Shown here in pieces: positions 16,701 through 23,906 of a stretch of DNA of 32,000 nt. This DNA is from an uncultured Acidobacteriota bacterium (GTDB lineage: Bacteria; Acidobacteriota; Terriglobia; UBA7540): positions 46,397 to 78,396 of the forward strand of contig CAWDRP010000028.1 in NCBI GenBank assembly GCA_963804755.1, read 5' to 3'. The number at the start of each line of letters is the position of its first letter. Position 1 is the stretch's first letter. Under the pieces are notes generated by a model. That model was not told the origin of the DNA. It saw only the letters and a program-made list of their open reading frames with translations, and ran no database searches. Both the position numbers and the translations under genes were made by a program.

Positions 16701-18946
16701 ATGTTCCATTGCCGCGCGTAGTCCATGATCTCTTTGGTCCACCGGGCGGTCTCCGATTGTCGCCGCGCTTCTTCCTTCAATTCTGCATGCGCCTCGGGCA
16801 GAGCGGCGATGGCATTGCGATAGTCCAATTCGAGATCGACAACCAGACCGGCCGCGCATTTGGCCGCGATAAAGTCCAAATCGGTGAGTGTGGCCTCCGG
16901 GTCCGCCAGGGCGGTTGCACGGATCTCGTGCCGCACCAGTTCGGTGATCTTGCGCTCGTTGGCCTGCATGGTGCCTTTGTTCCGCCAGTGGGACTGTTCG
17001 CCGAAGTACCTGGCAAGTGCAGCGTGCCGCAAGGCGCCCTCGTCTTCTTGCAAATAGAGCCCCGCCGCCCGCTCGGCGACCTGCCGGTGGTAGAAGGCCA
17101 TCACCTTGCCGCCGGGCGCGGCGCGTTCGTTCAGATAGGGCTCAAGATCAAGGAACAGCCGCGACCAGACAATCACGGGCAGCCGCCGTTCGGGCGGGGT
17201 GTGGTGAGCGCGCAGTTCGAAGTCCTGCCACAACGCATCATCGGCCGCCAGAATGTCCAGCATCTCGTCTTCGGTCAGGCCATAGCGCGCGGCGGCCAGG
17301 AAACCCAGGCTGCGATTGACCAGGATCGGGCCGTGATGGTTCTCCTGGGAGAGCCGGTCGAACAGCACGTCGATCATGCCGCCGACATCGTTCCCGAGCG
17401 CACACCTTTCTGCTGCCTGAAATGACTGCCAGAGCCGGGCCTCTTCGAAGGCCAGCTTCAGATACAGCGGTAACCCGGACCGGGCGAAGCCGCTCAGCAC
17501 CTTCTCCCGTTGCTCCGGTTGCAGCTTGCGGCGCGCATCCTGGAGCCACGCCGAAAGCACTGCTTCCGCCTCGCTCGCGGGAAAGTCTTCCACCGCAATC
17601 CGCGACGCGTTCTTGAGCCCGGCCGGAATCTCCGTGGTGGAAACCACCAGCGACACGTGCGGCGGCAGATTCTGCCGCAACCACGTGAAGGAATTCGCTT
17701 CGTCGTCGGAGCGCAACTGATCGAGCGCATCGAGGAACAGAACGAGCGGCCGCTCTGCCGTCGCCCGCGCCATCCGCTCGTGGAACGCCACGACCAGCGG
17801 CTGCAAACCCATAGGCGTCTCTTCGGTGACGCCGTACTCGCGCGAAAGCTGCTCGCACAAGCTGTGCAACAGGGTGATGCCACTGGAAGAATCGGGCGTT
17901 ACACCGATGAAGCGCTGGATGAGCACCGCACTCGGCAACGCCGCCTGGGCTTGCGCCGATGCCTTCGCCACAATGGCCGACTTGCCGCAGCCGGAGGGAC
18001 CGTGCACCACCAGCGGACGTCTTTCGCCGCCCCGAAGATGTGCGTCGATCGCGTTGAGGACACTCTTCCTGCCCGTGAAGTGCCGGGCACGGTCGCGCGC
18101 AAACGCCTCATGCGCCCCAATCTCCAAATCGAGCGCCGGGCGAGACTTGAACCTGGCTACCTCAGCCCCGATAACCCTCCTGAGCTGTCTCCTGACGTCC
18201 GCGCAGAGTCTGGCGAGTCTTGCGGCAGAGAACGGGCGGACATTTTCCGCCGGGAGCTTTTTCCTCAGACTTAGTTTGAGCGCCGCAAGGTCCGGATCTT
18301 GCGCGATGCCCGGAACGGGTTCGCGGAAGAAACCGAAGACGTGTTGCCGGTCCGCCTCCGCCTCGCCCAGGCCTGCCAGAATTTCCTGATGCGTCGCGGA
18401 GGCTTCGTACTTGATGATCTCCCGTTCCGGCAGTCCGGCCGCCCTCGCCGCCTCCGCGAGCGCCTGGCGCAGCGGCTGCTCCACCCCATCCCAGGTGGCG
18501 GGATTGACGAATTCACCGGTGCGCGGCTCTAAGCAACGCTCCGGCGGAACGGCATTCTCGTCGAGCCGATACCACTTCTCAGCCAGCGCTCGTATGTCCC
18601 TGGAATGAATGTGCGGCAGAAGTGCGTTGAACTCCGAGGCGAGAATTCGCGGCGGCAACGGCTGCCAACCGTAGCGGTCGCCCAGCAGAACGATGAAGTT
18701 CGGTTTGATTCCGGTGCGCTGGCAACGCTCGATCTCACGCAGGCAGATTTCCATGGTCTGCTGGTCGAGCGCCGCCTCGTCGCGTACGCCCCAGCGCAGA
18801 TCGATGGCCTGGAAGCGCGCGCCGTGCCGCTCGCAGAGTTTGCGCAGCTTGGGAAACACATCGCGCTGAAGCGCGTTGCGTTCCTCTTTCAAGTCCTCAA
18901 AAGTCGAACTCACAAAAACCCGAAAGGTGCGAGTCGCGATCGGCAT
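13715..18946 (-). CDS. NWD1-like STAND NTPase: DUF4062-type N-terminal domain + NACHT-like P-loop NTPase + 14 WD40 repeats + ~290-aa helical C-terminal region
   Basis: Start at the internal ATG at 18946. N-terminus FRVFVSSTFEDLKEERNALQRDVFPKLRKLCERHGARFQAIDLRWGV...LLGDRYGW (DUF4062 pattern). Walker A VVHGPSGCGKSAIV (~17978-18001) and Walker B LVLFLDALDQL (~17716-17750). There are 14 tandem GH...WD units at 14575-16333. Confidence 0.9.
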   Translation of the reverse strand: MPIATRTFRVFVSSTFEDLKEERNALQRDVFPKLRKLCERHGARFQAIDLRWGVRDEAALDQQTMEICLREIERCQRTGIKPNFIVLLGDRYGWQPLPPRILASEFNALLPHIHSRDIRALAEKWYRLDENAVPPERCLEPRTGEFVNPATWDGVEQPLRQALAEAARAAGLPEREIIKYEASATHQEILAGLGEAEADRQHVFGFFREPVPGIAQDPDLAALKLSLRKKLPAENVRPFSAARLARLCADVRRQLRRVIGAEVARFKSRPALDLEIGAHEAFARDRARHFTGRKSVLNAIDAHLRGGERRPLVVHGPSGCGKSAIVAKASAQAQAALPSAVLIQRFIGVTPDSSSGITLLHSLCEQLSREYGVTEETPMGLQPLVVAFHERMARATAERPLVLFLDALDQLRSDDEANSFTWLRQNLPPHVSLVVSTTEIPAGLKNASRIAVEDFPASEAEAVLSAWLQDARRKLQPEQREKVLSGFARSGLPLYLKLAFEEARLWQSFQAAERCALGNDVGGMIDVLFDRLSQENHHGPILVNRSLGFLAAARYGLTEDEMLDILAADDALWQDFELRAHHTPPERRLPVIVWSRLFLDLEPYLNERAAPGGKVMAFYHRQVAERAAGLYLQEDEGALRHAALARYFGEQSHWRNKGTMQANERKITELVRHEIRATALADPEATLTDLDFIAAKCAAGLVVDLELDYRNAIAALPEAHAELKEEARRQSETARWTKEIMDYARQWNIRRDRLARGETLTEPEPVSPEPVRSVWPWSEERIEQEAERIRANPTRLDRMQEFQSFVQQETYALQQFGTRLGFVMQQAYNHAPRGPVKEMATRVLPAVNVPLLARRWFPSDPYNPRPALMRTMERHTECVTCVGVSADCRRAVSGSWDKTLRVWDLETGACLHVLAGHSHWITSVNITPDGRRAVSASCDQTLLLWDIEAGVCLRELEGHSEGINCVSVTPDSRRAVSGSGDPWTEASPDFTLRVWDIETGACLRVLEGYENEVMSVSITPDGRRAVSVGNYEPTLRVWDLETGACLRVLNGHAKAVRGVSVSSDGQRAVSASEDKTLRVWNLETGVCLRVLEGHTNDVECVSVTPDGLHAISASMDETMRVWDLETGECLRVLEGHTFDVKGVSVTPDGRNAVSGCFDGSLRVWELEKRSDRRALEGHTRGILDLGLTRDGQRAVSGSWDKTLRVWKPETGECLRVLKGHTSGVSNVSVTPDGRRAVSGSWDDTLRMWDLETGECLRVLEGHTDGVSSVSVTPDGGRAVSASRDDTLRVWDLQTGACLRVLEGHDGMVMCVSVTPDGRRAVSGSWDETLRVWDLETGRCLRVLEGHTMGVSSVSVMPDGQRAVSASWDNTVRVWDLEKGECLRVLEGFGDSVSVTPDSRRVVSRCSGKAFGVWNIETGECLTIAYLPVPVTAVAISPVSGRMTVGTSIGEVLQFDVNGLTWSYAEPVEPVLQDSEAQLRQEISACLQCWGPSRLNTLLGRLGLAAVLERGGKRGEGIDIRRDVAKTCLLLDVQALVAARQIIEQLIPFAQSNRDGLILDMLRSKLKALNRELKNADEEQKPWRRRQDAVDRILSGDYSGAEGLLRGLLQERFEVPDTHCHLARLLLMTDREAEARQEINQAWAAREEAPAYAMPRILYYQCVFTVLDAADTTTIVGQIKAALRAPDAHLDWTVQPMLDHLRSRLGEANYQFLKALAEALSGVSGLPDPDGFPPWRNAAAPISD
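14575..16333 (-). repeat. Coding tandem repeat: 14 WD40 units of about 126 bp (enough for two 7-bladed propellers)
   Basis: Consensus HTxxVxxVSVTPDGRRAVSGSWDxTLRVWDLETGECLRVLEG. Most units are near-identical apart from a few fixed positions. Unit 3 carries an 8-aa insertion, and units 13-14 are diverged. Confidence 0.9.
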
Positions 18947-19171
18947 GGGGGCGGTCCACAGAAGACTTACTGCGATGTGCAACAGCTTTTTCGATGGTGG
19001 TTACTTTACACCCTCTTGAGCCATACAGGAATCGATGGAGAAAGTCATCACTGTTTGCGCGTTCTCCCAATCCCATTAATCGAATGAGGGATCGCAGGTT
19101 AGGCGGGAAGTTCGTCATTCGCGATCACCGGTCATCGAAGGTACGAAATGAAGACGTCAGCCATGGCCGGT

Positions 19172-19609
19172 TCACCCTTCCGAGGCTTCGGCGAGCAGCC
19201 GCTCGCGTGCGGCCGTGTACCTGGCGTGCCGACTGGCCGCATCGGGGTCGACGGGCAACGCGCGTTGCGGATCCAGGTTGTCAGCCAGGTCGGCCAGTTT
19301 CACCTGCCGCGCCAACGGATTCGTCGCGACTCGCTCGATCATGGCTTCATAGGTCTCTCCCCTCCGGCGCGTCAGGCAATCCACGGCTGCGCGAACCTGC
19401 TCGCTGTACCCGGCGGATTTCAAGTCGGACAGGGTGACGGAGGTATCTTCCAATACGTCATGCAACACGCCGACCCTGCGGGCGGCATCCTCGTTCTGCC
19501 GGAGCATGACGCGGAGGACATGCAGAATATACGGCTCCCCTCCCTTGTCCACCTGACCACGGTGAGCCTGGGAAGCGAGAATAATGGCGTCTTCAAGCGT
19601 GGGTGTCAT
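19172..19609 (-). CDS. Small HD-domain hydrolase of the RelA/SpoT (RSH) hydrolase type (small-alarmone-hydrolase-like)
   Basis: 145 aa. AHRGQVDKGGEPYILHVLRV, VGVLHDVLEDT and ARQVKLADLADNLD match the HD_4 / (p)ppGpp-hydrolase motif layout. The ATG at 19609 overlaps the upstream gene's stop (19593-19595) by 17 nt. Confidence 0.8.
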   Translation of the reverse strand: MTPTLEDAIILASQAHRGQVDKGGEPYILHVLRVMLRQNEDAARRVGVLHDVLEDTSVTLSDLKSAGYSEQVRAAVDCLTRRRGETYEAMIERVATNPLARQVKLADLADNLDPQRALPVDPDAASRHARYTAARERLLAEASEG

Positions 19610-21908
19610 TTTGTTCCAGTTTTACCAGGGAATAGCCGAGTTCGGGCAGGTACTTGAGAATTGCCTGGACCGTCGCCAAGTCGAGGGGGCGGACTTCGTT
19701 GGGAAGCTCGTCGAAGGGCAGAATGTTCGGGTTCAAACGGAGTGCCGGACTCTTAGGGCCATGCGTCCAGCCGCTTTGCAAAAGCTCGCGCAGCCAACGG
19801 TCATGTTCGAGACGCTGCAGCCTCTGCAGCTCATGCGGAGGGATCGCGGTCGATGGCGTGTTCGGGCAGCCGCGAACCAGCCGATAGCCACAACCGACCA
19901 GTGCTGTAAGCGTCGAGCGGACGCTGCTGCGGTTGCTTTCCTTCTTGTTGTCGGGCAGCTTGTCGAAACACACATCGTTGGGGTTCGGCTCTGGTCCGGG
20001 CACGATTTTTGCACGGTAGGCATCGTGAGTGGCGATCGCCAAGACCTCAATCTCGGCAAGGCCCAGCAACAGCTCTCTGACCCCGGTTTCGAAATCTGCG
20101 GTAACGTGGAGCCTCAACAGATCGCTGGAAGGCAATGCTGCTGCGCCAAATTGCGACGCCTTGGCCAGGTTGCTCATGCTGACGATCGACTCGATGGAGC
20201 GGGCACCGTGCTCGTAACGCGTGGCGCTAAGAAAGGCCCGGACTACACTCGCGTCAATGGCCAGATGCTTGGAGATGGGGTCAAGAAGATGAGGAGCGTG
20301 CCTCCGCACGTGACTTCTCAGCATGATGGCGCGGCGTATGATGTGCGCGTGGCCTGAGGCCCCTGCCTCCGGATTCGGGCCCTTGACATCAATATGTCCT
20401 CGCAGGCGGCTGACGAAGTCCGGCCCTTTTTGCTTTTTGAAATGATCATACTCAGGCGTGTCGGGTTTCTGCGCGTCGGGTTTCTTATGGAACTCGGCCA
20501 AGCTTGCGGACGTCCCCCCGGCAAAAACAAAAATTGCTTTTCCGAACGGGTAATGCATCCCCCCAGCATGGAACTGGGCATCCTGCATGGGGCAGAGGAA
20601 GTCTTTCAGCCACTTGAGGTCGCCGGTATCAAACTCGTCCCAGAAGACAAACGGCATCCGGCCCTGGGTGGCGGCATCGCGAATCCGGTGGAATGCCGTG
20701 TGCAGATCCTCGGGTTTCGCCATTTGCGACAGGTTGAAGTCGTAGCCCGACGCTGAGTCGCCAGCGACATCTCGCATCAGTTCTTTGACGGCGAATGACT
20801 TCCCGGAACCGGGCGGACCAAATACCGCGAAAGACAAGGGGCGCGTGTCTTTACTATTGCTAAGATAGGTGACGATCAGATTGCGGACCGAGTTGAGGCA
20901 CTCAATCTCGCTGCGGTCCACGGTGAAGTACTTTCCGAAGTTTGCTTTCGGCACGGGCTTTAGTGCGACCTCCGGACCGCGCAGGACGACATCGACGCCC
21001 GTTGAAACGACCGAATCAAGACCCGCTCCGGTGAAATCTTCCAGCAAGTCCGACTGCGTGGCCGGCCGGGCGCGGAGTTTCGTATCGTCGAAGGTGCCGT
21101 GCGGAAACGCCGTGAAGTAGGTCGAAGCCGGCTCGCCCTTTTCCGGGTGGAGTATCCTGCTGAGGTATTTCATCGAAAGATCGGGGCGGCTTTGTGAAAG
21201 GGAGCCGGCGCCCTTCGCATGGTACTCGCGCGCGGCTGCTAAGGCGCGGCCCAAGGCAACATATAAAGGGTAGGACCCGGGGTCCAGCACCTGCCGCACC
21301 AGCGCCGCGGCGCCAATCTCAACCGTGTGGCGAACCAAGCCGGGGCGTTTCGCCGCCCAGGTTCCCTCCAGAAAATCCGGATCATAGAGGCAGCGTTCAA
21401 ACTGCACGCGTTCCGAGAGTCCCCCGCCAGGGGTGCCGTGGAGCGGCAGGCGCGTGAAGCTGGCGGCCCCATCCGTGCCGAATACCACCACAACACGCCG
21501 AACGAGCGCCAGGCGGTTGGCGAATCGTTCCCCCAAAAGTTCCCCGGTCGTCTCCTCAATGGTCGCGTCCCACGAGAGTGGCGCCCTTATTGCCGCGCCA
21601 TATGAACGAAGGGTATCTGCCGACACGACTACGGTGAGCCGGTCACCACACACCTTCAGAAGATGTCCCCAAAGCTGGCCCTGAAACAGCGGCGCCACCG
21701 TGGTCAGAATGACATGCTCAGGCCTTCCACCCTGCCGGAGAGCCGCCGGCCAATTCTCCGGCGTGTCTCGGAATCCCAGGGAGCAGTCCGCAATCGCCAG
21801 GACGTCCGGACTGGCGGTTACGTCGCGTCCCCATGACAGCTTTGGTTTGCGCTGCCGCTTGAAGCCTAGTATTACTATGTTAAGTCGTATCCTCAAAAAT
21901 TTGTTCAA
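19593..21908 (-). CDS. AAA+ ATPase with a C-terminal tandem RyR-like module. This is the 3' portion of a gene interrupted by an IS; native sequence ends at 21869
   Basis: Walker A FGPPGSGKSFAV (~20786-20822) and Walker B FVFWDEFD (~20628-20651). The C-terminus IATHDAYRAKI...LPDNKKESNRSSV...GYRLV followed by LEHDRWLRELLQSGWTHG...LNPNILPFDELPNEVRPLDLATVQAILKYLPELGYSLV is RyR-domain-like. The first 13 codons of the track ORF (from a TTG at 21908) are IS terminal-repeat sequence, not native. Confidence 0.75.
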   Translation of the reverse strand: MNKFLRIRLNIVILGFKRQRKPKLSWGRDVTASPDVLAIADCSLGFRDTPENWPAALRQGGRPEHVILTTVAPLFQGQLWGHLLKVCGDRLTVVVSADTLRSYGAAIRAPLSWDATIEETTGELLGERFANRLALVRRVVVVFGTDGAASFTRLPLHGTPGGGLSERVQFERCLYDPDFLEGTWAAKRPGLVRHTVEIGAAALVRQVLDPGSYPLYVALGRALAAAREYHAKGAGSLSQSRPDLSMKYLSRILHPEKGEPASTYFTAFPHGTFDDTKLRARPATQSDLLEDFTGAGLDSVVSTGVDVVLRGPEVALKPVPKANFGKYFTVDRSEIECLNSVRNLIVTYLSNSKDTRPLSFAVFGPPGSGKSFAVKELMRDVAGDSASGYDFNLSQMAKPEDLHTAFHRIRDAATQGRMPFVFWDEFDTGDLKWLKDFLCPMQDAQFHAGGMHYPFGKAIFVFAGGTSASLAEFHKKPDAQKPDTPEYDHFKKQKGPDFVSRLRGHIDVKGPNPEAGASGHAHIIRRAIMLRSHVRRHAPHLLDPISKHLAIDASVVRAFLSATRYEHGARSIESIVSMSNLAKASQFGAAALPSSDLLRLHVTADFETGVRELLLGLAEIEVLAIATHDAYRAKIVPGPEPNPNDVCFDKLPDNKKESNRSSVRSTLTALVGCGYRLVRGCPNTPSTAIPPHELQRLQRLEHDRWLRELLQSGWTHGPKSPALRLNPNILPFDELPNEVRPLDLATVQAILKYLPELGYSLVKLEQNDTHA

Positions 21909-23252
21909 ACTTCGTTCCGCAGAAGGGACAGAGTCCGCTCCATCTCACCAGCCAGGGCTGGATCGTGCGGAGAATCTGTTCCCACGTCGCACCAGAAGTT
22001 TTTTTTACGCCGTAAGTAGACGGTCAGGATAAAGAGATAAGCCACGGCGGAAAGCACCAAGTGATGATGAAAGCCTCGCCACGAGCGGCCTTCGAAATGG
22101 TCCAACCCCAAGTCATCCTTGGAGCGCTGGAAGTATTGTTCGATGTGCCAGCGGGAACGGCTCAGTTTCAAGCAACGGGCCTTGGTGGGAGGAGCGTGGA
22201 GATGGGCCAAGTAATAATGATAGGGCGCAGGGTCCCCTGCCGGCCAGTCCACCACCAGCCAGACTTTTTCCAGTTCGCCCCCCGCGTGGCGCAAGTCGTG
22301 TTGCAGAAAAACCTCTCGCCAAGCCAGCCGCGTGCGCTGGGTTTGGCCGCCCGCCGTTACCCAAGAACACTTCTTCCATTCGTTCTCCGGGATGCGGCCG
22401 GTCAACTCCGCCAAGGTGGTGGCGGGAGGTTCCCCGTCACAGACGTAACGGCGCACCCGCTTGACCTCGGTCCGCACTTCGCGGTCCCATCCCTTGAGCG
22501 CCTGCCCGTCGACTTGCAGAAAAAACTCCATGTCCAACGCCCGCACCCCGGCGCGAAAATCCGCGTTGTTGCCGTAGGCGCTATCCCCCAAGACCGGTGC
22601 CGGAGGAACTCCGTCGTGCCGCGCTTGGCGCAGGATCCCCAGCGCCAGCTCCGGCTTGGTGGCAAACCTCACTTCCGGCGGGACTCCGGCGGCCTGGCAG
22701 CGTTCCCGGTCGGCGGTCCAGCGCTCGGGCAGATACAGCCGCCCGCCCACCGGCGCGGCAATCCATCCGTCGCTCACCACCACTTCCACGCTCACTTGAC
22801 AGTTGGCCTGCTTGCCCACCGCCCCACAATATTGATGCGAAACTCCCACCGAGTGCGAGCCCTGTTTGACCCAGCCGGTTTCATCCACCACCCAGGCCTC
22901 CAGCGGCTCCAAGTGCGGAATGATCTCCTGCCGGATCGCGCGCCACAACTCTTCCTCGCTCCAGGGACTGTCGGTAACAAACTGCTGCAGACTTTGCGAG
23001 TCCACACCCAGGCGCTCGGCCATGGGGATGATCGATTTGCGCTGCCCCGGCATCAACAGCCCTTCCACGTAGCGTGTGGCCGCCACGCGCCGCTCACTTC
23101 GGCCCAGCCCGGCAATCAGCGGATTCAAAAACTCAAGGAATTGTGCCACGCTTTCTTTCCAAAGCTTGCCATTCCAGCGCATGGGCTTCATGGGCCCATG
23201 CTAAGTCATTCGAAGGAGAATTTCAAGAACTACTTAACATAGTAATACTAGG
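21865..23252 (-). mobile_element. IS701-family-like insertion sequence (~1.38 kb) inserted into the AAA+/RyR gene
   Basis: Perfect 21-bp terminal inverted repeats CCTAGTATTACTATGTTAAGT (21865-21885) and ACTTAACATAGTAATACTAGG (23232-23252). CTAG at both junctions (21866-21869, 23248-23251) is consistent with a 4-bp target duplication. There is a single transposase ORF. Confidence 0.85.
21905..23191 (-). CDS. DDE transposase, IS701-family-like
   Basis: 428 aa. The N-terminal ...GRSERRVAATRYVEGLLMPGQRKSIIPMAERLGVDSQSLQQFVTDSPWSEEELW matches the characteristic IS701/DDE_5-type N-terminus. It lies between the 21-bp terminal inverted repeats. Confidence 0.8.
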   Translation of the reverse strand: MKPMRWNGKLWKESVAQFLEFLNPLIAGLGRSERRVAATRYVEGLLMPGQRKSIIPMAERLGVDSQSLQQFVTDSPWSEEELWRAIRQEIIPHLEPLEAWVVDETGWVKQGSHSVGVSHQYCGAVGKQANCQVSVEVVVSDGWIAAPVGGRLYLPERWTADRERCQAAGVPPEVRFATKPELALGILRQARHDGVPPAPVLGDSAYGNNADFRAGVRALDMEFFLQVDGQALKGWDREVRTEVKRVRRYVCDGEPPATTLAELTGRIPENEWKKCSWVTAGGQTQRTRLAWREVFLQHDLRHAGGELEKVWLVVDWPAGDPAPYHYYLAHLHAPPTKARCLKLSRSRWHIEQYFQRSKDDLGLDHFEGRSWRGFHHHLVLSAVAYLFILTVYLRRKKNFWCDVGTDSPHDPALAGEMERTLSLLRNEV

Positions 23253-23560
23253 TGCCTGTCGATCCGCCAGATGCGATCCTTAGGCTCGAGCTCCTCACCC
23301 TGCACGGGTGCACACGGCGACCACAACGCCACGGCGCGGGCGGCTGCCGCTGTTGGCAGCGGGGCGGATACGGTCCAGTCAACATTCTGCGGCTGCTCCA
23401 ATGCCATCTGGATATAGTCGGCGAGCCGCCACGCCCCTCCGTGTTCCTCCTGAACGTCGAGTGAACAGTTAGCGCCTGCTCGGCAAGCCGCCATCGCGTC
23501 GTCAACAAAGATGTTCTCCTGAATCAGCAAGTCACCGGCAACAACAACTGTTTTCGCCAT
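23252..23560 (-). pseudogene. 5' fragment (103 codons) of the IS-interrupted AAA+/RyR gene
   Basis: ATG at 23560 is preceded by GGAGGTGGGAACG. It reads MAKTVVVAGDLLIQENIFVDD...EEHGGAWRLADYIQMAL...RIWRIDRH, then runs into the IS end. After conceptual IS removal it joins in frame to LGFKRQRKPKLSWGRDV at 21869. Confidence 0.8.
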
Positions 23561-23906
23561 CGTTCCCACCTCCGGAGAGATGAATAGCTGATGAACACGT
23601 CGTACACGGCTTTACCCCCGATGAGCACTCACGCGGTGCGTCCGCGCAGCGGAGCCGCCCATCACCATCCGGCAGGAGGTGACAGTTGCTATGGCGGGCC
23701 AGCATATCACAAGCAACAAGCCACCTACCGCACCGAATGCACGATGGACCAACCTGCTGCCGTTTACAGCCTGTGTCGGAGGCAGTGACCGGCTGCCGCG
23801 CAACAGACATGCCGCGAGAAGGACTCTTGTCTCAAGCCTGCTCCTGCCTCATAATGCCACGCGGCAGCTGTGGGCCGTACACTCCGCATGCTTGATCGGG
23901 TGAGCC

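Noticed and set aside
21866-21908. Track ORF start (shown as M at 21908) of the 771-aa AAA+/RyR ORF
   Set aside because: The codon is TTG and it lies inside the IS terminal inverted repeat, overlapping the transposase stop. The first 13 residues are IS-derived, so this is not the native start. The native start is the ATG at 23560 on the other side of the IS.
23561-23906. Small ORFs (60-92 aa) in the divergent intergenic region between the interrupted AAA+/RyR gene and the STAND-TPR gene
   Set aside because: They show no coding signature or RBS. The region more likely holds divergent promoters, but I could not identify convincing -35/-10 elements, so I made no regulatory call.
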